Shown: positions 39,113 to 53,271, numbered from the stretch's first letter. The stretch: DNA of 64,000 nucleotides from Octopus sinensis (GCF_006345805.1 NC_042999.1:88040001-88104000), one strand, 5' to 3'. Notes: a model not told the origin generated them from the letters alone. Program-made: numbers and translations.

Positions 39113-41665
39113 CAATTTAATTATAGAAGAGTATGACTTTCCTACTTATGAATTAAAGTTAAAATGAAATCTACTTTGTCTGAATTAATAAATTCATTGT
39201 AACAGTAATGAACTATTGTCTTTGCGACAGCATCATATCGTAAATATTCTTAATTGTGATAAGTAATATCACAAGTTCTTTTAAATGGCAAGATTTTATA
39301 GTTATTTCCATCATTTGTTGTATTGACTGCTGTGCTACGAAAGTTTACATTTTGTTTGAAGTGTAGAATGGCATCGGAACATGTATTCTCAGTACTCTCC
39401 TGTATATTTCTGTATATGTTAAATAAACTAGGGGTGAAAATAGCAATCAGAATCTAACACTGGTTGTTCTTCCATCTTTATAATTGGTGGAGTGTAATCT
39501 AGTCCAGTATTTAATGCTACTGACGCTACTGATATTGCAGCTGTAATCTGTCTGTGTATGCTTTGTTTTTCATATTTACGTGACCTAAGTGGGGAATGTG
39601 GTCACAGCTTTTATGATGATGATGTTATAGTAGTTTCGAGCTGGTGTAGATGTATTTGGGCGATTTGTTGGGCGTAAGATTTTCAAGCAGCGTTAGGAGA
39701 GTGATGCTTGACATGTGTTGCGGCAACAAGCAGTACTTATCGAATGGTTGGAGAATTTTGATGAAGAGTTACTAAGGTAATATTACTATGAGGAAGTAAT
39801 CTGGTAAAATCTTGAGTTTGGTCGAAATCTGGTCTAATTAAGAAAATTATGTGAAGCATTTTGTATTTACAGAGAGATGTTGGTAGTTAATTATGCAAAA
39901 TAAAGGAATGAGTACTTAAATTATGATCAAACGAGCAATACTTTTAGAGCAGATGCTTTTATAGTATCTGTAGAAAAATAAAGGAAGGGGGACTAATTTG
40001 CAATAATCCACTTGTGAATAATGTTAGTGACTCTCCAGTTTAAAAGCTGGGTTTCTACTGCCACACAAGGAGCCTATCTGTCTTTGTCTGCTGAGACTTA
40101 TGAATATATGCATGTATGTATGTGCGTGTATATGTGTCTGGAGGAGATATACTTTCGACTTTTCTCATATGTATGTAGGATTCTAAAATGGAGTGTTTCT
40201 TCTTCAAGTGTATGGTATGAATTGCATTTGATCAGAGAATTTCGATAAATGATTTACTGATTCGCTCCATCATTATATTATTATATGTAGACGAATGCTT
40301 CCTTCTTCAACAACAGCATAATTCCTTCTTCAAAGGGAATTTTTATTAGCATACTTCTAAGAACTTATCATTAAAACATCCTTAATGTATAACAAAAGGA
40401 TAATTGACGTCACTATTATTCAGTCGATCTAACGAGTGAAGCTCTACATCGTCGCCCCGCCAATAACTAAATTTCTCCCTAAACCAGCGCCAACGTCTTA
40501 AATTGGGTGGGTTATATTCGATACTGTCGCTTCTAGATATTTATAAAAGAATGAGATGGTTACGGCAGTATAACTTTAGATCATAATTCACATCGCTCAG
40601 ACTCAGTGAGGTCAAAGACACTCAGCAACAGGAAATGCGACTTCTATCAGGCCTATTGTACTCGTAACTAGAAAAACTGAATTTGCTGCTTTTTTACTAA
40701 TCTGTAATATCGGGTCTTTAATATTCACATGCATACGTATTCATGCTGCGTTATTATCTACCTATATCCTTGATGTTATATGAAATAATATTGTAAAATT
40801 TATTGCTGAGCAACTTTACAAAGTGTGCTGCTGTATCAAGTGGGAATAATGTCTTTATAAGATATCAGCTTTTCTTAGACTACTGGCTATATGCAATGCG
40901 CATCAGCGTATGCATGTTTGCATACGCGTCTGTAGGAGCGTAACTCATAGTTAATTGCATGTCTAGGGATTCTCAGAAAGTAGTTACCCTTTGCTGATCA
41001 AGCTATTCTCTTAGAGGAGGATGTTTCTTTGAAATAAAAATAACCACACTATGATTATGCACCTTGTAAATCATTCATGTTGTGCTTAATTATCTTCAGT
41101 AATGGTGGAAAATTCCCATCCTGGAATTTTGCACTTTTAAGAACTAAGGATAAAATGGAATGAATTGTATAGTTCTTATGAGATACGTTCCCTTAGAAGA
41201 AAGTTATGCAGTTTGTTTTCTTTTTATGAGGGAAATTTGGCATTACGATATTAGAGATAATAGCACTAGTTTGATTTCATCGTAAAAGATTTAAATGTAT
41301 GGCATAATTCTCATGAAATCAGAGTAAAAAATATATGGTAGAATTTAGTGAGTCAGAGATATGAGGTTCGAGAATATTAACCACATTTCTAGCTATTCAT
41401 AGAAATCATTGTCCATTACATTACAATTGTAGAGATATAAAACATTACGAAATGGTAAATGCATGCATAGGGAGTGTATACGCGCGCGTGTCCTGTGTTT
41501 ATATTTGTGTGCTTGTGAATAAAAATGAAATTAGATATTAGAAATTCAAGTTAGACTTTTGCACGTTTAACGTTTCCTTCACGGTATTTTAAGGTTAAAC
41601 AGCAATTTTGTAGTACAGTAAATAAGGTAATTCCTAAAATACGGTTGGAGGTTGGTAAAACTTAC

Positions 41666-41901
41666 CTGTATTAAGTGCACTAGTGTCAACAAATCTGCCA
41701 GCTTACAAGCCTGAAGAAAACATTTCAAACCTAACTTCTTTGAAAAAATTCGTACAAAGTACAAGTTGACCGTTGGGTATAAATCAACGAAAATAGAACA
41801 TTTTTCTGTTGCCTTAGGCCAAAATTTGGTTGAATAGAATCCAATTTCCATTGTAATAAGAACGTTAGATAAAAGTATAATCAATTTGAAATCTTGCTTT
41901 T
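41666..41901 (-). CDS. Candidate internal exon (236 bp) of an unknown host gene
   Basis: Pyrimidine-rich acceptor ...ttgtttttccttacctcaacag|, donor cag|gtaagt, and one open frame (KQDFKL...VHLIQ); no recognisable homology. Confidence 0.2.
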
Positions 41902-43625
41902 CTGTTGAGGTAAGGAAAAACAACAAACGACGGAAATAAAAGTGTACCATTAATACTGATAACGGCGTCAGCATGACATGGTGGCGATGACAGCGAGAAC
42001 GCAGTTAGGAGTGTTGCTGCTTATTGAGTCAGTTTGCATGGTGATGTTTATGGCTATCGTCATAGTTTAAAAAGCTGCATAGTTTGAAGGATGGAGGTTT
42101 CTATTAAAAATAGAGAGCTTTCACTACCAAATTTCCTTGCTTTTGATTTGATTACATCGATTTTCCAAATCCCATTCAGATTTTTTCATTATTAATTAAA
42201 ATTATCAAGAACTACTAAGAATATTTTTCGATGAATCTACTTTCCACAAAATTCTTTATGACCTCAATCATCTAATCTATTTTCGATTTTTTTTTCAGCA
42301 GGACAGAAATCAATCAGAACAGGCAAAGAAACTGAAAACTAACAAATGCTGTAAATCTTTCAGAAAATGGATGCATATCGCATTACTGCCATTGAAGATT
42401 CTACAGAAATTTAAAAAGAAAACAAATAGAGGAAATATTTCATTTGTTCTTTTCTCTGGAGTCAGATGAAAGCAATAGAAGACGCATTCATCTAAACGAA
42501 CAATTTTCATCTTTTGCCGAGTAATTTTAGCCCAAGAGATTAGAAGAAAAATTCCCAGTTCTGAAAAATTAAACAAGTTATCCAATATTGAAACAAGCAC
42601 AGACGTAATAACAGCCATTCATAACAATAAAGCCAAGTTATTTAGAAGGTAATTTAATTTCTATCTATCCTCGTTTCATAAGTCTCCTAGATGTTATGTT
42701 AACTGCAGTAAGTTGCTAGACTGGAATTTTTGTGGTAATTTCGTCGATGATGTTTCAGTTAATAGATTTAATCTTTTTAATATAAGTTGATCTGTTGCCT
42801 TGGTATTGCTGATAATATAGCATAATTAATGTTAGTGCATATGTATAAGATGTTATATATTTTTGAATGTTGACGCTGATGTTGTTATTATAATATTGCC
42901 AATGTTAGTAGATGTATAACACATGATACACGTTGTCAATGACATTCTTGATAATAATACAGCAACGTTAATGTTAGTTCTCGAATATCTGATGATATTT
43001 ACTCTTGTTACTTTATAAGTTCATTGCCTATATTACTTCCCTATGTTCATGCTGCAGTTACCATTGCTAATGTTGTTTTTGTTGTTGCTGTTATTATTAT
43101 TATTATTATTATTATATTATTATTATTATTATAATTATTATTAATATTATTATTCTAATTATTATTATTATTAACACATTAACACTATTACGCGAGCTGG
43201 TTGAATTCTTAACTCTTCAATAAAAGAAGCATCAGTTAAACAATGGGATTGATATAATCGACTAGTTTTCTTTCCCTTTTAAATTACATGGTTTGAGCCT
43301 ATAGAAAAAATTACTATTAGGTGGTGTTATATGGGTTTCTTTCTTCTATGCAGCTGAAGGTAGTGAAACGAAGTTGCAGAAAGCATTTGTATTCATATTT
43401 GTCCGGATAATCTGGATTTTTACGTGGAGTGTCCCATATCACCTTTGTGGTTCAACCCTAACTTGATGATATCTTCTTGTTATTTTTGTTGTTGCTCTTC
43501 TTGCATTATAGTTCTTTATTGCTATAGGTTTATTTTCAATCTTTTACACAGTGTAGTTACCAAATTCTACTGTATCCTCGTACTGTAAATACTCAACGTC
43601 TCGGAATCTTGTAGGTAATAGGATA

Positions 43626-44918
43626 GTGGGCAGGCTAAAAAGTTCATAGGCTGACTATGATGGTGTGTCGCTAGAGTTGTGAAATCTTGCATGCATTCAT
43701 TTTAATTCTTATTATTATTAACTGCATTGCTTCGTTCCAGATAAACATATACCAAACTGTTTAAAGAAGACTTTAAATGTAACTAGTAGCAACATGTGTT
43801 GAAAATGGACAATATTTGGCACCGTGGTGTTATCCAGTACCTGCAGAAAAAAGATATAGCCCCCAATGACATTCATGTTCACATAGTTGATATATTAGAG
43901 GATGATGTTTCAGCTTTATCAACAATGCAAAAGTGGGAGCTGAATTTGGGAGGGTAAGGGGAAGTTTTAAAGACGATCCAATGTCTGGACATTCTGCAAC
44001 TGACACCATTGCGGAAAACATTGATTGTGTTCACCACAAGCTGATGGATGACAGGCGAGTGACTATAAATCAAATAGCCAATGCTGCTAACATGCCTTAT
44101 GTGAGAATTACGAATATTCAGCGAGATGAGCTTTGCCTGACAAAGGTTTCTACTCAGTGGGTGCCACGTCTTCTGACTCCTGATAAAAAGTGCATTAAGC
44201 TAATCAAATCACGGAAAAATCTGACATTGTTTGAGGCAGATTCTGCTAGTTTACATGGATGTTTCCAAATCCAGGATGATTGTAGGCTGCATCACTTTGA
44301 ACCAACGACAAAGAGGCAATTCATGCGGTGAAAACACTCCACCTTAGTTGCTCCAAAGAAGGCTATGATCGTTTCATTTCATCTATAGGGAAGGCGATGG
44401 CCACTCATTCTCGAGATGCAAAAGGCACCGAGTTTATTGACTACTTCAAAAGGGCCACACCTTCAATGGAAAGGGAGTACTATTCCAACTTGCTGAGGTA
44501 GTTACGAACGTTTATCAAAACCAAACACCCAGGAAAACCGACAGGAGGGTCTTTTTTTAAGAAGACAATATTCTAATGCACAAACCATTGGTTCCAATGG
44601 CCGCTGTGCGTTTTATGGCTTTAAAATGATTGATAACATTCCTTATTCTTCTGATTTGACCTCTTCTGGCTATCATCTGTTACCTAAACTGAAACAAAAA
44701 AAAGCAACACTTGGCTGGGAAGCAGTATCTCAGTGATAATGACGTCATATCTGCTGTTGGTGACTTATCAGACTAACAGGATGAAAGCCCGTCGCCAATG
44801 GGATCCAAGCAAAGCAACAACAATGGAAGGTATGTGTGCACCGCAAGAGAAATATTCTTCACTTGGTCACATTCCATAAGTATCTTAGTCAGCCTATGAA
44901 CTTTTCAGCCGTCCCTCG
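43626..44918 (+). mobile_element. Decayed mariner of a second subfamily with imperfect TIRs
   Basis: Left ta-gtgggcaggctaaaaagttcataggctgacta vs right (rc) tacgagggacggctgaaaagttcataggctgacta. Transposase remnants MDDRRVTINQIA...WVPRLLTP and a PYSSDL-like motif. Confidence 0.88.
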
Positions 44919-45214
44919 TAAATTATCACTCTATCGCTCTCCTCCTCCTCCTCTTCCTTCGCCTCTCCTCCACCTCTGCCTCTCATCCCCCTCCTCCTCC
45001 TACACGTCTTCTTCCACCACCATCATCACCACTACCATTTGAAATAGAACCCCTCAATACCTCAACCATTCTATTGATTTAAAGGTAATAGATTGTGGTG
45101 TGTATATTTTACCATCCAAGTACTTTGGTCACAGCAGTAACAAAAACATAGATATCTAAAGATATCTAATTTTCTAATAAAGCTCGTGTTGATGTCTTCG
45201 CTATAGCATATGAG

Positions 45215-45309
45215 AATTTCAACTACTTGCTAACGTGTGGATTGCCATGAACGATAGTCAAGGGTTATCATGTATGGTGGTCCACACACGCCAGCAAGTA
45301 GTTGAAATT
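45215..45309. repeat. ~95-bp imperfect hairpin
   Basis: aatttcaactacttgctaacgtgtgga vs rc of tccacacacgccagcaagtagttgaaatt. Confidence 0.75.
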
Positions 45310-45898
45310 TCCAGAAGGAGAAGAGGTTTCAATCAATTCGATGTGTATGTGATAAAGTCTAGCTTTTGATGTTCCTGCTTGCTTCCCCTTTCGAATTGCT
45401 CTTTTGTGTGATGCATGCTGAATTTTTTCCCTCTCAAATTACGCTACACCGTCAAAAATTGTTTTTCTCCTCTTTGCTTTATATGAAGCTTGTTATTCCC
45501 TGTTCTCAAAAGAAATAGCACATTTCTTCACATTTTTTTTTCAGTTTTGCTACCACTGTTTTTTTGTGTGGTTTTCCTCTTTGTTTCAATTTCCCATAAA
45601 ACCGCTATGGACTTCTGGTATTACTCATTTGCACAAGATGTCAGCTCCACCTTGAAATACTCTGTATAATGATTGGTTTCACTCAAGTCATTTGAAGTTT
45701 TTCTGGAACTTGAGCATTCGGTGTATGTGTGGTCTAATTCACATTGAGTATATGCTTCAAGCAGCATTGGTGAAACCGCCCGAGTATCTTAACTTGGTGT
45801 TTGTAAATCATCCAAGTTTCACAGCCATACAATATAACTAAGAGCACACTAGTTTTTGTGTTTAATTTAACCTCATATTATGGCCAAAGCCTGCTCCA

Positions 45899-45990
45899 AT
45901 ACATACATACATACATACATACATACATACATACATACATACATACATACATACATGCTTACGTACATGCTTACATGCATGCATGCATAA
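45899..45990. repeat. (CATA)n microsatellite
   Basis: Direct reading. Confidence 0.95.
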
Positions 45991-46429
45991 AGGGAATAAT
46001 AAATAGTACTTAAAAGAAAATTTTTAGATTATGAGTAGTCTTTTAATACGTCTACCCTAATCGTTATAAGCTTCTTATCTTTCGTGGGACAGAAGACAAA
46101 TTTCTTTCTCCGATGAAAATCTAAAATGGACAGAAACTAATAAAATCTTTGTCATTTGTTTTTTCTATCCATAGAAGTTAATTTTCTGTAACCATTTTTT
46201 TTTCTTCGATAACGGGGTTAAAATTGGATATTTATTTAAAAACGTATATCTTTGATTACATTTTCTATAAATGCACGCGCACACACACAAATATACACAA
46301 ACTTGCACATACACACACCTATACTTGTATAATGTTACTCTGAGTTTTACGGTTTCGATCTTTTGAAGAACAAAACCATAAATCTACGAATAAAACACAA
46401 CGAAACACTTTCCCTTCTACAATTTATTC

Positions 46430-46790
46430 TCTTATTCTTTTACTTGTTTCAGACATTTGACTGTAGCCATGCTGGAGCACCGCATTCAGTCGTACAAATG
46501 AACCACGAGCTTACTCTTTGTAAGTCTAGTATATTCCACTTGTCACTTTTGCCGAACCACTAAGTTATGGGGACGTAAACGCAAACACCCACACAAATAT
46601 ACAAACATACATATATATATATATATATACATACATACGACGGGCTTCTTTCAGTTTCTATCTATTAAATCCACTCACAATGCGTTGATTATCCCAAGGC
46701 TATATTAGAAGACACTTGCCCAAGGTGCCACGCAGAGGGACTGAACCCAGAACCATGTGCTTCTTAACACACAGCCACGCCTGCACCTGT
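46430..46790 (-). mobile_element. Family A SINE, degenerate
   Basis: Reverse complement of the consensus (gccgaacc...ggggacgtaaac...aagacacttgcccaaggtgccacgcag). Confidence 0.85.
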
Positions 46791-48025
46791 GACATTTCTT
46801 TTTTGTACTTTAATGCACATAAGCGCACGTGTGCACACACACTCACACACACAATCTCACACACAAACACACACGCATACATATATATCCGTACTTATAC
46901 ATGTGTGCATGCTCATGCTGATATGAATGCATATGTATATCAATGAATACAGATATATATATCATCTAGCGTGTATATATAAGAAAGCATTAAAACTTGC
47001 TGTCAAAAAGTTACATGCACCTATTTTTAATGTGTTTGTCGCATTTTTCAATAAATCAAACAAGAAATTTTTATTACAATTTTCGTCGAACTAAATTCCC
47101 ATTTGATAGAAACAATAAATCAGTAGTGATCTCTTGTCTAATCGTTAGATGTTTTTATATCTGCCTGCTTGTTTGGCTGCCTTTCTCCCACCGATTCTCT
47201 GTAATTTTCTCTCAGTCTCTCTCTCTCTCTCTCTCGCTTTTTTAGTCTATCTGTACCCTCAAAATAATGCCAGACATGTAAAAAAAGAAAAAAACTGGAA
47301 ACAAAGAAGGAAATTGAGAAGGAAAGGAAAGGCGAAGTAAATACACCTATGTGTATTAAATTATCGATTGTTCTCATTCACTAAGTTTCAGTTGATGCAC
47401 AAGAATACCATTTTCTTCTGTTTTCGCGTAAGATGGATGTAAGATCAAATGATAGCAGACAGGCGGCCAGACGATTGAATAAAATAAAATAAAAGACTGT
47501 TCACCATATTGTCTCACTAAAACGCTAAGAAAAAAGACAGTAGAGAATAATGAAATGAAAGCGTTGTATAAAAGGAAATATGTACGAGACGAAAGATGTG
47601 TGGACAGGTTAAGCCATGAAAGTGAGGTCGATGTTAGAAGTTCAACAACGGAATCTTAGTACTCTAAAATGAATATTGATCAATGTGTTTGCGAAATCAG
47701 CTATACATTTTTTGCGTTCTAAAGAGACGTTAGAATTGTCTTTTTAAAATATAATCAATCTGATTCATATGAAGCACTTAAAATATTTTTTGTAAAAATT
47801 ATTGTTTGCTTTAGAAAAAACTTTAACGAAAATATATAAGAGGTATTTTCGAGTTGACAAAGAAGTAAAAAAAAATTAAAATATATGTTTTTCTCAAGTA
47901 AGTTGATTTTCATCAAATCAATCTTTATTTGAAGCTACGACAATAGTGTCTACAGACGTTGTTCACAACCCCCCCACACACACACACACAAACAGCCAAA
48001 TATATATATATATATATATATATAC

Positions 48026-48228
48026 GCGAGAAAGAAGCAACAAGAATGGATAGGTTTTTAGTACAATCGTTTCATACAAGGACAGGCTTTATTAAAAGTT
48101 GCAAAAATTACAGCATATAAACGTGTCCCGTTTGTAATTTTTGTAATTTTTGCAACTTTTAATAAAGCCTGTCCTTGTATGAAACGATTGTACTAAAAAC
48201 CTATCCATTCTTGTTGCTTCTTTCTCGC
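48026..48228. repeat. Perfect inverted repeat: 87-bp arms, 29-bp spacer
   Basis: 48026-48112 is the exact reverse complement of 48142-48228. Confidence 0.97.
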
Positions 48229-48371
48229 TTATAATCACCCCACATTACTGTATTGTTAAAACAGTATAGTTTTTTTTGGTGCATCTAAGTTAGGTACCAT
48301 ATTCAAGTAAATTCATTTAAATTAACTTGAATCTTTATTGCTTTTTGTATATATATATATATATATATATG

Positions 48372-48720
48372 TCCAAGATGCATCTCAAAGGTAATTTGAG
48401 ACGCATCTTGGACATCAAGTGGGCCGACGACATCACCAGCACCGAAGTCCTCAACAGGGCCAAGATACCCAGCATACACATCTTGCTCCACCAGCGTCGT
48501 TTGCGCTGGCTCGGCCATGTTCATCGCATGCCATACGGATGGATCCCAAAAGACCTCCTGTATGGGGAATTTGCCACCGGTACAAGAGAACGAGGATGAC
48601 TTCATCTTTGTTTCAAAGATGTTTCTAAGAGGAATATGAAGTCGCTTGATCTGGACGTCCTGAGATGGGAGGAAATTGCAAATGATCGTCCACATAGGAG
48701 GGAAATACTGCCAAAAATTT
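48372..48720 (+). mobile_element. RTE-clade LINE 3' coding fragment
   Basis: LRRILDIKWADDITSTEVLNRAKIPSIHILLHQRRLRWLGHVHRMPYGWIPKDLLYGEFATGTRERG...FKDV. Confidence 0.9.
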
Positions 48721-48949
48721 GGTGTTAAGAAATGACAGAAACTGAAGAGCATCAGAAAAAAATTGCCAGTTGGTATTTTGTTGCTTTCATTCATAAGCTG
48801 AGTTCGAATACAATACCATTGGCTTTGTCTCTGTATGATGTTCTTTGGGGCAGTTGATAAAATAAAATACCAGCTGTCCACATATATCGAATAGCCTCTA
48901 CAAAATATATCCAATAACATCTTCGTTACTGTTATTATTATTATTGTTG

Positions 48950-49017
<68 letters not shown>

Positions 49018-49020
49018 ATT

Positions 49021-49561
49021 GTGCGAGAGAGCAGTGCATGCCATCAAGATGACACTGGGTTAAAATATACGAAGCCCAGTATACCTATCATGACTACCCG
49101 TCTGATAAGGGTACACTAGGCACATACCTCACAACCATATGTGCGTGACATGGTGATCTCATATCATAATAAACAACACTTGACCTTGCAGGTGGGGCCC
49201 AGTTAGAATTTTCTTCTGGTCGAGTAACCCATTCCAGTCAAAAGGTTCCTGAATAAGGGTTGTTTAAGGATGTTGAACAAAACATCCATGTTTCCTGAGA
49301 TGAATTATTCAAACCCCAAAGAATCCCACTCAACACATGGTTATGATGCTCCCCCACTAATTCTGCTCGTGATCAGAGATGCACATATCGTCAGTCACTA
49401 AGGGACATGCTCAACTGGTTAAGGTCAAACAAATGATAAGAAAATCTGTGGTATTGAGCAGAATATTTGCTGTAGCCCATCTTTTATACCAAGACAAAAC
49501 AATGTACATGATAACACTTCCAATCAGTTAAGATCAGAAGTCACGAGAGCCACTGCCTGGC
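49021..49561. mobile_element. ~540-bp non-coding interspersed element embedded in (ATT/GTT)n
   Basis: Bounded by trinucleotide tracts; its terminal gagagagcagtgcatg recurs alone at ~49601-49616. Family assignment is from recall only. Confidence 0.55.
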
Positions 49562-49616
49562 ATTATTATTATTGTTATTATTATTATTATTATTATTGAG
49601 TGAGAGAGCAGTGCAT

Positions 49617-49667
<51 letters not shown>

Positions 49668-49700
49668 TATATTATTATATTATTATTATTATTATTATTA

Positions 49701-49743
<43 letters not shown>

Positions 49744-49749
49744 ATTATT

Positions 49750-49780
<31 letters not shown>

Positions 49781-49814
49781 TATTATTATTATTATTATAT
49801 TATTATTATCATTA
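49562..49814. repeat. (ATT)n microsatellite, interrupted
   Basis: Direct reading. Confidence 0.97.
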
Positions 49815-50025
49815 AGACGGCGAGCTAGCAGAATTTTTAGCGCACTGGACGCCATGCTTAGCGGTATTTCGCCCGTCGCTATGTTCTGAATTCGAATTCC
49901 ACCGAGGTCGACTTGGCCTTTTATCTTTTCGGTGTTGATAAATTAAGTACCAGTGAAACACTTGGGTCGATATATAGTCCCCACCTCACAAATTTGAGGC
50001 CTTGTGCCTCCAGTAAAAGGGCTTA

Positions 50026-50026
<1 letters not shown>
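49815..50026 (+). mobile_element. Family B SINE between (ATT)n tracts
   Basis: gacggcgagctagcagaat...ttcgaattccaccgaggtcgac...gataaattaagtaccag. Confidence 0.85.
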
Positions 50027-50100
<74 letters not shown>

Positions 50101-53045
50101 CATTCAGTAGTTTTATTTTTATAGCGTGCTTTCACTTCACTACCGAGCGCAGCTCTATGTGCCTTAGGTATGTGCTCTGATTTGTTGTGATGCTCTGATG
50201 GTTATTGCATGGAAAGTGTTCTGCGTAGGATGTGTGCAGTGCCTAGTAGTGCAATTTTCTGTATGTTATATGTGTTTGTAAGTCCTGATATTTTTGTTAT
50301 GTATTTGTCTGAATACTTTTTTATCATGCCTAATGCACCTACTATGAGAGGAATTGTTTCTATTTTTAGATTCCACATTCTGGTTACCTCTATTTCTAGG
50401 TCTTTGTATTTTGAAAGTTTCTCCATTTCTTTTAGAGTCACGTTGTCATCTGCCGGTATTGATACATCAATTAGAAAGCATTTTTTTTCTTCATGATCTC
50501 TGACAACTATATCTGGTCTGTTGGCCTTAATTTCTCTATCTGTGTGTATCGGCATATCCCAGAGTATGGTTGCTTTCTCGTTTTCTGTAACCTTTTCTGG
50601 TGTGTGCCTATACCATCTTTTTTCTGTTTTTATTCCATAATGTTGGCATAGCTTCCAGTGTATGTAGGTTCCAACTCTGTCATGTCTGTGAATATATTCC
50701 TTCTTAGCCAGGACTGGGCAGCCAGAGATAATATGATTTATTGTTTCTTGTCCATCTCCACATATTCTGCAGTTACTTGTTATATTTCTTTTCATTACAT
50801 GTCTTTGGTAATTTCTGGTGGGGAGGCTTTGGTCTTGTGCTGCAATTAAAAATCCCTCTGTCTCTGCTTTGAGTCCTGAGCTTCTCAACTATTGCTGGGA
50901 TTTTTCTTTGTCTATTTCTTTTGCGTTTAGTTTAGTCCAGTATTTACCATGAAGGGGCTTTTCTTGCCATCGTTTTATCATTGTTCGTTGCTGTTCTGTT
51001 TTTAGTTTGGATTTCATTTGTTTTATAGCTTTTGTTGTTTCTTCATCTTCTTCTTCTTCTTCATATTTATTAGGTGGTATGATTTCTTGCTTGTATTTGT
51101 CAGCTTCCTTAAATACTGAGAACAGTTTTTTGTTTTGCTCGTGTTTTGCCGCTATTTGTATCAGTTTTCCTTCCTTCTGAAGTAGATATTTTTGCAGTCC
51201 TATGGTGGATATTTTATAGTAGTTTTCGAGTTGTATAAGGCCTCTACCACTTTCTATACGTTGTATATATAGTCTTTCTATGTCAGATTTTGGGTGATGC
51301 ATCCTAGATCCTGTCAGTATTTTTCTTGTTTTCCAATCTATTTTGGTCAGTTCATTTCGTGTCCAGTTAAGGATATTGTAGCTGTAACTTATAACTGGGA
51401 CAGCTAAAGTGTTAATACCTATTATCTTGTTTTTAGCATTGAGCTCTGTTTTTAGTATTGATCTAACTCGTCTATAATATTCTTTTTTTATTTTCTTTTT
51501 CATTTGTGTGTGTTGTGTGTTATCTAGTTCATGGATTCCTAAGTATTTGTAAGTTTGGCTTTGGTCTAATTATTTTATTTCATTGGTTTTATCTAGTGTG
51601 ATGTTGCTACTCTTAACTAGTTTTCCTCTTTTCAGGGTTACTTTGGCGCATTTTTCTAATCCAAATTTCATATCTATTTCTTTGGTAAATCCATGAACTG
51701 TCTTTAATAGTGTTTCCAGCTGTTTGTAATTTGCAGAGTATAGTTTTAGGTCATCCATATATAAAAGGTGGCTGATCGTTTTGCCGTAACATTTATATCC
51801 GCATCCAGTTCTATTTAACATATCAGATAGAGGTGACAGTGCCAAGCAGAAAAGGAGTAGAGAGAGAGTGTCTCCCTGGAATATTCCTCTTCTAATGGGG
51901 TTGGCTTTGGTTTTCATGAGTCCCTCTTTTGTTTGGAGCTGTAGCACGGTTTGCCATTTATTCATAGAGTGCCTTATGAATGTTATAAGTGTTGGTGCTA
52001 CTTTGTTAATGGTTAGTGTTTCGAGGATCCATGTGTGGGGGATGCTATCAAACGCCTTTTTTGTAATCGATCCAGGCCATACTGAGACCTTTCTTATTTC
52101 TGTGGCTGTCTTCCGTTATGGCTTTATTAATCATTAGTTGATCTTTACAGCCATATGAGCCTTTGCGGCATCCTTTCTGCTCTTCTGGAAACAGGTTGTT
52201 TTCGTCCAGGTGCTTGTTCAACCTTTGCGTTATCACTGCAGTAAATGCCTTGTATATTGTAGGGAGACATGTTATTGGTCTGTAGTTTTCTGGTTTTGCT
52301 GTCTCATTTGATTTGGGAATTAAGATGGTTTTCCCCTTCGTGAGTCATTCAGGCATTGTCTCTGGCTCTGCTAGCATGCTGTTAAAGTTTTCAGCCAGCT
52401 TTTTGTGCATTACTGTTAGATATTTCAACCAGAAGTTGGGGATCTTGTCATGCCCAGGTGCCTTCCAGTTGCTTAGTCTTTGCAGTGCCTGGATGACCTC
52501 TTCAGTTGTTTTGGGGGTCCAAAGTTGCTCAGATGCTGAGTTTGTTGTTTTCATACTTCTTTTTTTTGTTTGTTCGTTCGCCGACCATATTTATCTCCAG
52601 AATTCTTCCACTTCTTCTGCCGTTGGTGTTGCAATGACTTCTATTTTATTTTTGCCAAGTTCTTGGTAGAACTTTTTGGGGTTGCAGTTGAACTTTTTGT
52701 TTTGTTCAAAGAAGCGCTGGCGTTTCTCGTACCGGCGGATCCTTTGTGCTTTGGCAAGGATATCTTGCTTCAGCTTTTCTTTTATCTCAGGTATATTTTT
52801 TTCTGTGATGTTATATTTGCGGAGTATTTTTGTTTTCTTTTTGTTGCTCAGTAGCGTTGATTGTCTACTGATTTCATCAAGAATCGACAGACCTTTTCTC
52901 ATTTTTTGTATTTTGTTTTGGATGTTATTTATCCACAGGGTTTGTTTGGGTGGTGGTACTCCTGTTTGGATGGGTTTGAGTGAGTATCTTTTGTGGCTGC
53001 AGTGGCTGCTGCGTATACTAAGTCATTTAGCTTAGTGATATCGCT
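50101..53045 (-). mobile_element. Dong/R4-clade LINE, 5'-truncated (~2.9 kb), RT + CCHC + RLE, inserted in (TAA)n
   Basis: NWKAPGHDKI, NYRPITCLP, WIDYKK, RGIFQGD, HLLYMDDLKLY (RT); CRICGDGQETINHIISGC (CCHC); RPDIVV...IDVSIP...KLSKYKDL (RLE). (ATT)n on both sides (50027-50100, 53046-53316); several stops and frameshifts. Confidence 0.96.
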
Positions 53046-53066
53046 TATTATTATTATTATTATTAA

Positions 53067-53108
<42 letters not shown>

Positions 53109-53125
53109 CATTATTATTATAGTTA

Positions 53126-53157
<32 letters not shown>

Positions 53158-53212
53158 GTTATCATTATTATTATTATCATTATTATTATCGTTATCATTA
53201 TTATTATTGTTA

Positions 53213-53271
<59 letters not shown>

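Noticed and set aside
39200-39850. Possible RTE RT remnant (PSLFNIY) on the minus strand
   Set aside because: One short motif only; flanking motifs are not convincing.
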